This document shows, in pieces, positions 27,990 to 37,733 of a stretch of DNA of 64,000 bases. The notes under the pieces were generated by a model, which saw nothing but the letters and a program-made list of their open reading frames with translations, made no database searches and was not told where the DNA came from. Position numbers and translations under genes: made by a program. The DNA comes from Candidatus Neomicrothrix sp. UBA814. GTDB lineage: Bacteria; Actinomycetota; Acidimicrobiia; Acidimicrobiales; Poriferisodalaceae. Position 1 is the stretch's first letter, and every line of letters starts with the position of its first letter. The stretch lies in assembly GCA_002296525.1 (NCBI GenBank), contig DBIA01000035.1, positions 22,732 through 86,731 of the forward strand, written 5' to 3'.

Positions 27990-28394
27990 CTAGGAATTCT
28001 CCGGGGCGAAACGCATCGACGCCGAGTTCATGCAATAACGGTCACCAGTAGGTTGCGGCCCATCGGGGAAGATGTGACCCAAATGAGCTCCGCAGACATG
28101 ACACACAGCTTCTACACGTACCATCCCGTGAGAGTTGTCGATCTTGGTTTCGACCGCTGTCTCAGAGAGCGGTTGCCAGAAGCTCGGCCAACCTGATCCC
28201 GATTCATATTTTGTCTCACTAGAAAAGAGCTCGGCGTCACAAACCACACATTGGTAAATACCCGTCGCCTTGAGGTCCCAGGTGTCACCGGTAAAGGCTT
28301 GCTCAGTGCCGGCCTCTTGCGTGACGTGGTACTGAAGAGGCGTCAACCGTTCCCGGAGCTCCTCGTCGCTAAAATTCTGCACATTGTCGCTCAT
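27990..28394 (-). CDS. msrB: peptide-methionine (R)-S-oxide reductase
   Basis: Two CxxC zinc motifs (CVVCDAELF, CHVCGAHLGHIF) and the catalytic RYCMNSASM (Cys form). I chose the internal ATG at 28394 (MSDNVQNF...). Confidence 0.92.
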   Translation of the reverse strand: MSDNVQNFSDEELRERLTPLQYHVTQEAGTEQAFTGDTWDLKATGIYQCVVCDAELFSSETKYESGSGWPSFWQPLSETAVETKIDNSHGMVRVEAVCHVCGAHLGHIFPDGPQPTGDRYCMNSASMRFAPENS

Positions 28395-28558
28395 TGCATT
28401 ACTTTCAGAGAAATGTTTGATGAAGTTGTGGACGAAGAACAGGGTATTCCAGGCGTACCTTAGAAGTCTTCTCTGTGGAAATTGATTTTCTTTCCCACTA
28501 AAAATCCACACCTATTTGGGACTAGTTACCCACAAGGCCTAGTCCCTACTCTGCACGC

Positions 28559-28777
28559 ATGGACTATGAACTGACCTTCGTCGACGGCCGAGCGGAAGTT
28601 ATTGCTGGAGCGGATAGCTACGAACAAGAAGGACCTATGACCACGTTCTTCCAATCTGATGGCCGTAATTATGTGGACTTCTGGTCCTCGCGAATCGCTA
28701 GTTTCCGCACGACGGACTTAAGCGCTGTGCGGAGAAAAGCGGGAGATCAGCGGGCGGTCTCCCAGCGCTCTAAATAG
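28559..28777 (+). CDS. small hypothetical protein
   Basis: 72-aa ORF with an ATG start and protein-like composition. No family recognised. The 3' end overlaps the convergent LLM gene by 8 nt. Confidence 0.3.
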   Translation: MDYELTFVDGRAEVIAGADSYEQEGPMTTFFQSDGRNYVDFWSSRIASFRTTDLSAVRRKAGDQRAVSQRSK

Positions 28778-29831
28778 ACACGTCGTTGTTTAACGATCGC
28801 ACTATGTCAACAATTTGGCCAAGACTGTCTAGTCGCTCTTGAGTGTCGACACCTTCTGGCTGCACCCGGAGGACGGTTACCCCAGCATCTCGGTATGCGC
28901 GCACTCGATCGGTGACTTCGGAAGTAGATCCCAAGAAATTAGTTTGCAGAATTAATTCATCGGGTACCGCCTTTATCGCTAGGTCGCGCTCTTTGTTGAC
29001 CCATAGCTCTTGCACCCGACGAGCTGCTTCTTCGAAACCTCCACGACTATAGGCATCGTTGTAAAAGTTCGTGCTTGGTGAACCCATAGCTCCCAAAGTG
29101 AAAGCCACACCCGGCCTTCTGGGTTCGAGGAGCGTTTCGAGGTCGTCTCCGAATTGAACCGCCCCTCCGGCTTGGTATTCAATGGAATTCGGGTCCCGAC
29201 CGGCTGCAGTAGCACCCTGCACTACTCGCTCTAACGTAGCCGACGCTCCTGATGGCACGAACGAAGTACCTACCCAACCGTCAGCGACTTCGCCGGTGTA
29301 CGCGAGAGACTTTGGGCCCAAAGTTGCCAACCAAATTGGAATATGGTCATTTGCTGGTTGAGCTAAACGTAGAGCCTTCCCTTCGCCTCCAGGTAGGGGC
29401 AAAACGTGATGATTACCTTCGTAAACGATCTTTTCGCCTGCAAACGCCTGTCTAATAATGTCAACTGTTTCCCGAAGACGACGAAGGGGTTGCCTGAATG
29501 GAACGCCATGAAGACCCTCGACCACCTGAGGGCCGCTTACTCCAAGTCCTAAAATGAATCTGTCCTCACTGATTGCAGCCATGGACAGGGCGGTCATCGC
29601 TGTCATGACAGGTGTACGCGCGGAAATTTGCAAGATGCCTGTGCCCAACTGCACACGGTCGGTAACAGCAGCCAGATAAGCAAGAGTACTTATCCCGTCC
29701 ATGCCCCACGCTTCAGCTGACCAAATGATGTCCACACCCATTTGTTCGGCTTCGCGTAAAAACTGAACCTGCTCGTCCCAGTCACGTTTTTTGCCAGACG
29801 CTGGGCCCCCATATGCGATAGCAACCTTCAT
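28770..29831 (-). CDS. luciferase-like monooxygenase (LLM) class oxidoreductase, probably F420-dependent
   Basis: 353 aa TIM-barrel LLM pattern (WSAEAWGMD, LGTGILQI, LGLGVSGPQVVEG). Confidence 0.75.
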   Translation of the reverse strand: MKVAIAYGGPASGKKRDWDEQVQFLREAEQMGVDIIWSAEAWGMDGISTLAYLAAVTDRVQLGTGILQISARTPVMTAMTALSMAAISEDRFILGLGVSGPQVVEGLHGVPFRQPLRRLRETVDIIRQAFAGEKIVYEGNHHVLPLPGGEGKALRLAQPANDHIPIWLATLGPKSLAYTGEVADGWVGTSFVPSGASATLERVVQGATAAGRDPNSIEYQAGGAVQFGDDLETLLEPRRPGVAFTLGAMGSPSTNFYNDAYSRGGFEEAARRVQELWVNKERDLAIKAVPDELILQTNFLGSTSEVTDRVRAYRDAGVTVLRVQPEGVDTQERLDSLGQIVDIVRSLNNDVSI

Positions 29832-29881
29832 GTCTCTTGCCTAGCGCACATAACGGTCTCTTGCAGCGCTAGTTTGCAATT

Positions 29882-30733
29882 ATGGAGATACGACCACTGA
29901 CCGGGGCCTTTGGGGCCGAGGTACTCGGTGTAGACCTTGGATCTGACATCGGAGACCAGCAGGCTCAGGCTATACAAATGGCTCTCGCGGAGAACGCTGT
30001 GCTGGTTTTTCGAGAACAAGACTTCGATATCGATGGTTTCGAGAAATTTGCGATGAACATTGGTCAATTTGGGGACACTCCATTCATAACACCGGTTGAC
30101 GGCCACCCGAACGTGTTGCGACTCCTTCGCGAAGCTGACGAACAAGGCCCGCTGTTTGGTAGCGGATGGCACAGCGACTGGAGTTTTCAATTGAAACCAC
30201 CCAGTGCAACTTTGCTATACGCAGTCGACGTCCCCGAGGCTGGTGGTGACACGGCTTTCACTAGCCAATATCTAGCCTTCGAAAGTCTCTCAGAATCCAT
30301 GAAGTCGATACTTCTCGGTTTGAAAGGGGTCCACTCGGCTGAACGCAGCTACGGCCCGCAAGGAACTTTTGGACGGCCAGACCCCAAGTCGTCGATGGAC
30401 ATCCACGGAGATGAAACTGCGGTTGTTCATCAAGTGCACCCCCTAGTGCGATCACATCCATTGACCGGGCGTCGGTCATTGTTTGTCAACGAGGTATATA
30501 CCGTAGGGATAGAAGGACTAACGAACGCCGAAAGCAGCTCCCTACTTAAATTTTTGTTTGAACACTGCAAACAAATTGACTTCACATGTCGAGTTCGTTG
30601 GGAGCCAGGCACACTGACAATCTGGGATAACCGTGCCACACAGCACTTTGCTATCAACGACTATTTCGGAAGTAGAAGAGAAATGTACCGAATCACGTTG
30701 GCTGGTGAGCAACCCGTCTTAGTCGCAGGTTGA
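29882..30733 (+). CDS. TauD/TfdA family Fe(II)/2-oxoglutarate dioxygenase
   Basis: HxD in GWHSDWSF, distal His in IWDNRATQH, and a taurine-dioxygenase-like N-terminus (IRPLTGAFGAEVLGVDL). Confidence 0.85.
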   Translation: MEIRPLTGAFGAEVLGVDLGSDIGDQQAQAIQMALAENAVLVFREQDFDIDGFEKFAMNIGQFGDTPFITPVDGHPNVLRLLREADEQGPLFGSGWHSDWSFQLKPPSATLLYAVDVPEAGGDTAFTSQYLAFESLSESMKSILLGLKGVHSAERSYGPQGTFGRPDPKSSMDIHGDETAVVHQVHPLVRSHPLTGRRSLFVNEVYTVGIEGLTNAESSSLLKFLFEHCKQIDFTCRVRWEPGTLTIWDNRATQHFAINDYFGSRREMYRITLAGEQPVLVAG

Positions 30734-31117
30734 AATCGAAGCCTCTAATACAACTAATGGCCCCAAAAGGGCCAAGTCTTGCAAGGCCTGGTCGTAGGAA
30801 AACTTTTCGGTGCATGCAGAACGAGCCCAGCTTTCTTCTTCGGATGTGGGAAGACGGCCTCTCGCTGAGACGTGAAGGTCTCCGGTCCGTTGGCTTGTGA
30901 CAACGATCTCTTGATCCAAAAGCATTTTCAGAAACGCCTCTGGATTATGACTGGGCTCATCAAACACGTAGAGCAACAAGCCGTCCGTGACAAAAGGCGT
31001 TATGTAGTGAGTCCTGGGGCCTTCTGACCCGCTGATATCGAATCGCAGCATCAACGAATCTACGAAAGCTTCAAATTGCGGGCTGTCAGATGCTCTCACG
31101 CTGCCCGACCGTACCAA
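30719..31117 (-). CDS. hypothetical protein
   Basis: 132-aa ORF with no recognised family. The start is uncertain (TTG 31117, GTG 31099 or ATG 31051). Overlaps the TauD gene's 3' end by 15 nt. Confidence 0.3.
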   Translation of the reverse strand: MVRSGSVRASDSPQFEAFVDSLMLRFDISGSEGPRTHYITPFVTDGLLLYVFDEPSHNPEAFLKMLLDQEIVVTSQRTGDLHVSARGRLPTSEEESWARSACTEKFSYDQALQDLALLGPLVVLEASISTCD

Positions 31118-31193
31118 TCAACAGCTCTGAGAGGCGAGTGCAAGCTAACTTCTTTCCTAACGTTAACTATTCGAACCTCCGGGGAGGTATCAG

Positions 31194-32090
31194 ATGCCAG
31201 TACAAGAAGGCGAATACTGCGGGTTTGAGACAAATATCGAAGACCCAGGCATTCTTGTCGTGACTTTCAATCGTCCCGAAAGCCTCAACGCGTCGACTGC
31301 TGCGATGAAGCGAGACCTAGTTGAGTTACTTACTCAAACTCAAATGGACGACACCATTCGTATCGTCGTTTTCACCGGCCGTGGACAAGCCTTTTGGGCG
31401 GGCGACGATCTCAAGGGATACGGCGGAGACAGCGTCCAGGTGCCCCAAATCCACCACGGACACCACAATCCATCGGGAACCTACAACGGTTTGCGAACGA
31501 TATCTCAGGCAGTCAATACAGCGGTCCGCAACTTGGACAAGATCTCGATCGCTGCGATCAATGGCTTCGCTATACAAACAGGCTTCTCTTTAGCTCTGGC
31601 GTGTGATTTTCGCATAGCGTCACGATCCGCAAAGCTTGGGAGCGCGACCCTTAGATTCGGGCTGTTACCCGACGAGGGAGGTCAATGGCTGTTAGTGCAG
31701 CACCTCGGTGTTGCTAAAGCTATGGATTTCATGATGCGCAAACGAATCGTAGACGGGGAGACAGCATTCGAACTCGGATTGGTCCACGAAGTTGTTTCGG
31801 ATAACAACCTTATGGAGGAAACTTTGACGCTCGCTCGAGAGCTTGCCGACGGACCACAAGTTGCCATGAGAATGCTCAAACGTTCGATTCTGCTTGCGGC
31901 AGATCTAACGTGGGATCAATCTCTAGACGAGATAGCTGCGAAAACTGCAGTCACTGACCATCTTCCCGACGCCCGCGAAGGCGCAGCGGCGTTCATTGAG
32001 AAACGACAGCCGCGTTTTAACGGCTGGCTAGAGGGTAGGGAAGATCCACCAATGGATGGCCCCGCGCCGTGGGAAGTAGACAAACAGTAG
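31194..32090 (+). CDS. enoyl-CoA hydratase/isomerase (crotonase) family protein
   Basis: Crotonase fold blocks (VTFNRPESLNA, FTGRGQAFWAGDDL, AINGFAIQTGFSLALACDFRIA). GGAGG lies upstream. Confidence 0.85.
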   Translation: MPVQEGEYCGFETNIEDPGILVVTFNRPESLNASTAAMKRDLVELLTQTQMDDTIRIVVFTGRGQAFWAGDDLKGYGGDSVQVPQIHHGHHNPSGTYNGLRTISQAVNTAVRNLDKISIAAINGFAIQTGFSLALACDFRIASRSAKLGSATLRFGLLPDEGGQWLLVQHLGVAKAMDFMMRKRIVDGETAFELGLVHEVVSDNNLMEETLTLARELADGPQVAMRMLKRSILLAADLTWDQSLDEIAAKTAVTDHLPDAREGAAAFIEKRQPRFNGWLEGREDPPMDGPAPWEVDKQ

Positions 32091-32168
32091 TAGCCCTCCA
32101 AGCTAGTTAAAGGCTTATCTGTCAGAGTCATTGTTTGTATTACATAGGTCGGTCGTAGACCGGCACGC

Positions 32169-33266
32169 CTAGCACAGTTCGCTTTTGACTTCGCTGAGAG
32201 CTGTCAACAGTCTGTTTATGTTTTCAATCCGTGCCGTGTGGCCCATACAGCCGATCCGCCACACCTTTCCAGCTACAGGACCGAGGCCTCCGCCTACTTC
32301 GATCCCGTACCGTTCCAACAAAATCTTCCGCCCCTGGGCATCATCGAGTCCTTCAGGGAGCGTCACAGTGGTCAGCTCGGGAAGTCGATGACCCTCTTGA
32401 GCCCAAAGCTCGAAACCCAGTTGCGGTAACTGTTCATGGAGGAAATCACCGCAAGCTTGGTGTCGAGCCCAGGTCGCCTCAAGACCCTCTTCTAGAACTG
32501 TTTCAAGACCAGCATGCAGTGCATAGAGCATCGAAATCGGAGCAGTGTGATGGTAGGCGCGTGCTCCGTCCCCTAGGACATAGTCCTTGATCATATTGAG
32601 GTCCAAATACCAACTTTGAGGTTTAGGATTTAACTGTTCCATTGCCCGTTCACTTATGGTGACAGGAGACAGCCCCGGTGGAACTCCAAGGCATTTCTGG
32701 CTACCGCTGTAAGCAATATCGATACCCCAATCATCGGTCAATACAGGTATGCCGCCCAAAGAAGTAACGCAGTCAACGAGTAGCAGCGCATTACCCTTGT
32801 TTGCGCCCAACGGTGCAATGTCGTTTCGAATACCAGTCGAGGTTTCAGCGTGCACCACTGCTATCAATGCCGGCTCAGGGTGCGCGTCCAGTAGACGCTG
32901 TGGGTCGATTGCGCGACCCCACTCTTCCTCCACCTTTACTACTTCCGCTCCAGCCCGAGTAGCAACGTCGCACATTCTTGTACCGAAAACGCCGTTAACT
33001 CCGATCACAACGCAATCACCGGGTTTTACGAAGTTCACAAAAGCTGCTTCCATCCCAGCGGAACCAGTTGCGCTAATTGGAAAAGTTAGAGAGTTGTCGG
33101 TTTGCCATACGGTCCGCAAATGCTCGTTGGTTTGATCGAGCAGAGCAATGAATTCAGGGTCCAAATGTCCGAGAACTGGTTCGCTCAGAGCCTTTAACAC
33201 TTCGGGGTACGGATTACTTGGCCCAGGGCCCATTAAGAGTCGTTCGCTTCGAGTCACGCCGAGCAA
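32169..33266 (-). CDS. class V aminotransferase (alanine-glyoxylate / serine-pyruvate aminotransferase-like)
   Basis: N-terminus LMGPGPSNPYPEV and the PLP-lysine motif YSGSQKCLGVPPGLS. Confidence 0.85.
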   Translation of the reverse strand: MLGVTRSERLLMGPGPSNPYPEVLKALSEPVLGHLDPEFIALLDQTNEHLRTVWQTDNSLTFPISATGSAGMEAAFVNFVKPGDCVVIGVNGVFGTRMCDVATRAGAEVVKVEEEWGRAIDPQRLLDAHPEPALIAVVHAETSTGIRNDIAPLGANKGNALLLVDCVTSLGGIPVLTDDWGIDIAYSGSQKCLGVPPGLSPVTISERAMEQLNPKPQSWYLDLNMIKDYVLGDGARAYHHTAPISMLYALHAGLETVLEEGLEATWARHQACGDFLHEQLPQLGFELWAQEGHRLPELTTVTLPEGLDDAQGRKILLERYGIEVGGGLGPVAGKVWRIGCMGHTARIENINRLLTALSEVKSELC

Positions 33267-33312
33267 CCGTAGCTAGAACTAAGAGTTAATGCACAACTAA
33301 AAGAGAGAGTTC

Positions 33313-34185
33313 TTATCGCAGTCGCGTTATCAAACTGCTCGTGTCCCAACGGCCACCCCCAGCTGCTTGAACTTCTTCGTAGTAGGAGTCCACCATCTCA
33401 GTCACTCCCACCGATGTTCCCAGACGTTGCGCTTCTTCGATAACAATGCCGAGATCCTTTCGCATCCAGTCAACTGCAAATCCAAAATCGAACTGGTCCC
33501 GGATCATTGTCGAGCCGCGATTCTCCATCTGCCAAGAACCTGCAGCACCTTTGCTGATGGTCTCGAGCACGAGATCAAGGTTCAGTCCACTGCGTCGACC
33601 GAATTCCAATGCTTCCGATAGTCCTTGTAGGAGCCCAGCGATACATATCTGATTCACCATTTTGGTCAGTTGCCCAGCACCAGATGACCCAATCAGGTTG
33701 CAAGCTTGGCTATAGGCGGCAATAACTGGTTTCGCCACTTCGAACCATCTCTCCTCCCCACCGCACATCACCGTCAAAGCGCCGTTCTCTGCTCCTGCTT
33801 GCCCTCCCGAAATAGGAGCGTCAATAAATCCCACATCTCGCTGAGCGCAGAGCTGACTTAGTTCGATTGCTAGTGTCGCCGAGGCAGTTGTGTGATCGAC
33901 AATCATGCTGCCCGGAGCCATAGCGCCTAAGGCGCCCTCATCCCCAAGAACTACCGAACGAACGTCATCGTCATTTCCAACGCAAATAAAAACGATGTCC
34001 GCGCGTTCTGCTGCTTTATGTGGGGTGAGCGCTACCGAACCCACATGTTCTCCAACCCATGCCTCGGCCTTCTCGCTTGTCCTGTTGTATACAACGACAT
34101 CATGACCGGCTGTTGAAAGGTGCCGGGCCATGGGAAAGCCCATGACGCCAAGACCAATAAATGCGACCCTCTTAGAAGTAGTCAT
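33313..34185 (-). CDS. NAD(P)-dependent beta-hydroxyacid dehydrogenase (3-hydroxyisobutyrate / tartronate-semialdehyde reductase family)
   Basis: Rossmann motif VAFIGLGVMGFPMARHL and the family block DAPISGG. I chose the internal ATG at 34185, which has AAGGAG upstream. Confidence 0.85.
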   Translation of the reverse strand: MTTSKRVAFIGLGVMGFPMARHLSTAGHDVVVYNRTSEKAEAWVGEHVGSVALTPHKAAERADIVFICVGNDDDVRSVVLGDEGALGAMAPGSMIVDHTTASATLAIELSQLCAQRDVGFIDAPISGGQAGAENGALTVMCGGEERWFEVAKPVIAAYSQACNLIGSSGAGQLTKMVNQICIAGLLQGLSEALEFGRRSGLNLDLVLETISKGAAGSWQMENRGSTMIRDQFDFGFAVDWMRKDLGIVIEEAQRLGTSVGVTEMVDSYYEEVQAAGGGRWDTSSLITRLR

Positions 34186-34255
34186 TAAGGACTCCTTTGG
34201 TGTGACGATTGGCGTTTGAGAGAAAGTAACCCTTTGACAGTGTCTGCTTTGCTTC

Positions 34256-35755
34256 TCAGTCAACTATTCCGTTGTCATTGAGTAATTCACGGACTTCATG
34301 TTTCAGTATCTTGCCCATGACATTTCTCGGTAGAGCATCAACCCAGACCACCCGTTTGGGGTGCTTGAAGTTTGCTAACCGGCCTGCGAAAAGGTCGAGA
34401 ACATCGTTGCTACTGGGTTGTGTGTCACCCGTGGCAACTGCAACGACCACTGGTATTTCACCCCAGTGAACGTCAGGCATCCCAACGACAGTCGACTCAG
34501 CAAAAAGTGAACTTTCGGCCAGAATATTTTCCAGTTCGGCAGGATAAATATTTTCGCCGCCCGAAATAACAACGTCTTTCTTTCGGTCATCTATGTAGAT
34601 CCAACCGTCACTGTCCGCATGCCCTACGTCCCCAGTATGGAACCATCCGTCTGTTATAGAAGCAGCTGTCGCCTCCGGGTTCCCCCAATACTCGCTGAGA
34701 ACGTTTGGTCCCCGTACCCATAGTTCGCCTGCTGTGCCAGATGGTACGTCAGTCCCGTCATCGTCAACTATTCGCACTTCGCACAATGTCGCGGGTTTGC
34801 CGCAGGATGTAGGCCTTGTGTGTGCTTGATCGATTCGCATCACGATTGCCGTGGGACCGGTTTCGGTGGCGCCATATACCTGACCGACCGGAATGCCGCG
34901 CTCAAAAAATGGCCGAGTGGCAGCCTCAGGAATGGTCGAAGAGCCGGCCATGAGACCCTTGAGGGATGACATTTCAGTATGTTCGAATTGAGGGTGGTTA
35001 GCTACCGCATTCAGAGTCGCCGGAACGAATAAGGACCAAGTGGGTTGCCAATTCTCCACGTCTCTGAGCCATTCTCCAGGATCGAACGCCCTGTGTAGAA
35101 GAACCGATGCTCCAGTCATCAGCGCCGGAAGCGTTTGAATGTTCAGGCCGCCAACGTGGAACAACGGCAAGAAAGTAAGAATTCGATCCTGTGGAGTCAA
35201 ATCATGAGCGTGGGCGCTGTTTACGGCATTAGAGGCAAGGGCGCGCTGAGTTAAAAGCGCTCCCTTAGGGGTTCCTGTCGTGCCTGAGGTATACGCCAGA
35301 AGAACGGCATCGGATGGTCGACCCACGCGAGGGGATGTCGAGGTGTGGTTAGCTTCCGTTAATTCATCTAGCCGGTAAACAATGTTTTTTTGAACGGCTT
35401 CCTGAGCATGGTCATAAAACATGGGCTCGGCGATGAGAATCTGTGGCTCAGCATCTTGCAAAATCCACCGGTGTTCGGATACGACCAGTCGAGAATTGAG
35501 GGGCAGAAAGATAGCCCCTAGCCGAGAACAGGCGAGTAGCAAGTGGATCGCTGCCGGGTTATTAGTTCCCAACCAGGCGACCCGATCACCGGAGGCGACA
35601 CCTTGTTCGTGGAGCCAATCTGCCACCTCAGCAATTCTTAGCGACAACTCGCTATAGGTAGTGCGTAATTCCTCGAATTCGATAGCTAATGCTTCTGGCC
35701 GATGCCCTGCCCAACGATCAATCCACGAAGCGAGATCTGATCCTTCATCCCACAT
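34256..35755 (-). CDS. AMP-dependent acyl-CoA synthetase/ligase
   Basis: AMP-binding motif LAYTSGTTGTPKGALLT, YGATETG, and a C-terminal GKILK lysine. Confidence 0.9.
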   Translation of the reverse strand: MWDEGSDLASWIDRWAGHRPEALAIEFEELRTTYSELSLRIAEVADWLHEQGVASGDRVAWLGTNNPAAIHLLLACSRLGAIFLPLNSRLVVSEHRWILQDAEPQILIAEPMFYDHAQEAVQKNIVYRLDELTEANHTSTSPRVGRPSDAVLLAYTSGTTGTPKGALLTQRALASNAVNSAHAHDLTPQDRILTFLPLFHVGGLNIQTLPALMTGASVLLHRAFDPGEWLRDVENWQPTWSLFVPATLNAVANHPQFEHTEMSSLKGLMAGSSTIPEAATRPFFERGIPVGQVYGATETGPTAIVMRIDQAHTRPTSCGKPATLCEVRIVDDDGTDVPSGTAGELWVRGPNVLSEYWGNPEATAASITDGWFHTGDVGHADSDGWIYIDDRKKDVVISGGENIYPAELENILAESSLFAESTVVGMPDVHWGEIPVVVAVATGDTQPSSNDVLDLFAGRLANFKHPKRVVWVDALPRNVMGKILKHEVRELLNDNGIVD

Positions 35756-35766
35756 AAGAGCAACTA

Positions 35767-36813
35767 TTAAGCGAGGTCACCCTGGAGGACACCTTCAACA
35801 ACAACTAGCTCGCCGTCCAAGGCAACGCTGTGGTTCCGCATAGGTAGATCAAAATGCCCCAGTGTGTGTCGCCCCGCGTGCTCATTGGCACCGGTGGAAT
35901 ATAAGAAATTTCCGGCGAACGCGCGTTGCTCAGTGCCGTTGGTTTGACTGCTGTCATACAAAGGCAAGGTGTCCCAACGCGCACCGGGGTTCATTCCCCA
36001 GCCGATGTGGCTCGTTGCGTATGCATCTCGGTCACCCCACGCATCGGAATAACTTCGAAATAAGGCAGCGTCCGTCCCATCTCCAGCGACATCTACTACG
36101 TAATCGTTCTCGATAGTCAGGGTAATTGGCGATTCAACGTACCTCTTGAAAGTCAAGTTCATGTCTCCCCGGTCCATCACTATTACCCCGTTGACGGTAT
36201 TTGCCTTCGGGAAGGCCAGGCACAAACCTCCTGGCCAGTGAGATATCGATCCGGGTTGAGTGGTGTAGCCCCAACCGCCTCCACACGGAGCATCTGCCAA
36301 GTTCACCACTACGTCAGTACCAGCGGCTGATGTGACATGCATCTCGTTCGCCTTGATCAACTTTTTGATTCCAGACTTAACTTTCGGTTCAAGGTCTTCG
36401 GTCGGCATCAACCTTTCCAGAGCTTCAGGGTGTTCGTTCGACACCATCAACACTCGGGTGCCATCAGCTAAAATTTCCGGAAGTTCCGGCGCGTGTAATA
36501 GCCCTTCGACAGTGCAATCAACAACGAAATCAACAGATGACAGAGCTTTGATAACCGCGGGGGAGCCTGCAATGGCATCGGAAGCGCCGGTGGATCTCAC
36601 GGGAACAGGAGCCGTTTGACGCAAGGTTGGCAGAACTATGTGAATCGGACGAATTCCTAAACGATCGAGACCTAATTCAGCCAAGTTCACGTTTGTCGCT
36701 CGACTTTGAGTTTCCGAGAGAATCGCAGCTGTGTGCGTCTCGTCAACAGCACACATCGCGAAGACACGAGCGAATACGTCAATCCATTTTCCTTCAATGC
36801 GCTCTACCAGCAT
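35767..36813 (-). CDS. NicX-like 2,5-dihydroxypyridine 5,6-dioxygenase family (M29 aminopeptidase-T fold) protein
   Basis: Blocks resemble Pseudomonas putida NicX as I recall it: ERLMPTED, SHIGWGMNPGARW, FAGNFLYSTG, LGHFDLPMRN. The positions of the reported Fe(II) ligands (His, His-x-Asp) are retained. There is a strong AAGGAGAG RBS. Confidence 0.6.
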   Translation of the reverse strand: MLVERIEGKWIDVFARVFAMCAVDETHTAAILSETQSRATNVNLAELGLDRLGIRPIHIVLPTLRQTAPVPVRSTGASDAIAGSPAVIKALSSVDFVVDCTVEGLLHAPELPEILADGTRVLMVSNEHPEALERLMPTEDLEPKVKSGIKKLIKANEMHVTSAAGTDVVVNLADAPCGGGWGYTTQPGSISHWPGGLCLAFPKANTVNGVIVMDRGDMNLTFKRYVESPITLTIENDYVVDVAGDGTDAALFRSYSDAWGDRDAYATSHIGWGMNPGARWDTLPLYDSSQTNGTEQRAFAGNFLYSTGANEHAGRHTLGHFDLPMRNHSVALDGELVVVEGVLQGDLA

Positions 36814-36941
36814 CTTCTCTCCTTAACTCCTAACCGAAAAGTGGTCTCAGTCAACCAGTTAAGCACTGAAGTTGGCTCCTCAATCAAGATTCTTCACTAT
36901 GAGTCGTTTGACCGGGAATCTGATACCCAGGCAGTCTTTTC

Positions 36942-37637
36942 CTAAAGAGCTTCTCGTGGGTCGACCTCTGTACCGTGGAGGTGAGCTACATCGTTGTAGC
37001 GGTGGCAAATCCAACGGCGGCCGCGGTTGGCGTCAGATCGAATTTCGAGTTCGGTGATGGAAGTCACATAAGGGGCTAATTCCGTATGCCATTGCGCAGG
37101 TCCTAAGCCGAAGGCGAGCGCCATCGCCGCTGAAATTACACCGCCATGGCATCCGATTAGAACAGTCGACTCGTCGTGCCGTGAGGCAATGACACTCAAT
37201 GTTTGCCCCACACGATGCCGGAACCCAGCCCTGCTGTCGGAACCAGGAATAATGGAGCGAAACGGATCGCGTTGTTCGAAGTTCTCAAGATCATATTTCT
37301 CTCGAACTTGCTCCCATGACAACCCATCCGCCTCACCCAAGCGAAACTCTTCCAGCTCGTCATGAATATTTATTTCTAAATCAAGCGAGGACAATGCGAG
37401 CAAAGCCTGGGTCGTTTCCAAAGCCCTCGGGAGAGGGGATGAATAAACAACGTCTATTGAAGGCTCGGTCCCCTGAGAAAATCGTTCTCCGAGTAATTGT
37501 GCTTGTTGCTTCCCCTTAGGGGAGAGACCGCTGCAGGTTTTCGGGCCACCCACGACTCCGTCAACCATCACATTTGATTCACCGTGTCGGATCAAAATGA
37601 ACCGAGTGCTTTTCGTGTTGGGTGCTGCATCGGGCAT
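36942..37637 (-). CDS. histidine phosphatase (phosphoglycerate mutase-like) family protein
   Basis: RHG catalytic motif FILIRHGES and a downstream GCHGG histidine. Confidence 0.85.
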   Translation of the reverse strand: MPDAAPNTKSTRFILIRHGESNVMVDGVVGGPKTCSGLSPKGKQQAQLLGERFSQGTEPSIDVVYSSPLPRALETTQALLALSSLDLEINIHDELEEFRLGEADGLSWEQVREKYDLENFEQRDPFRSIIPGSDSRAGFRHRVGQTLSVIASRHDESTVLIGCHGGVISAAMALAFGLGPAQWHTELAPYVTSITELEIRSDANRGRRWICHRYNDVAHLHGTEVDPREAL

Positions 37638-37733
37638 CGAGGAACTTTAGGCTGGGAAAGCCCGCTAGGGGAATTCAAAGCATATTGCTGGTGGCTTACT
37701 CCCCATTATTTGATTTCGAGCGAGAAGGAATTA

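Noticed and set aside
27990-28394. MsrB checked for a selenocysteine form
   Set aside because: The catalytic residue in RYCMNSASM is an ordinary Cys codon within an uninterrupted ORF.
31118-31147. In-frame TGA immediately upstream of the hypothetical ORF 30719..31117 (upstream reading ...SQSC-TGA-LVRSG), considered as a third Sec gene
   Set aside because: There is no ATG/GTG/TTG between the preceding in-frame TAG (31145-31147) and the TGA, and no recognisable redox family or motif.
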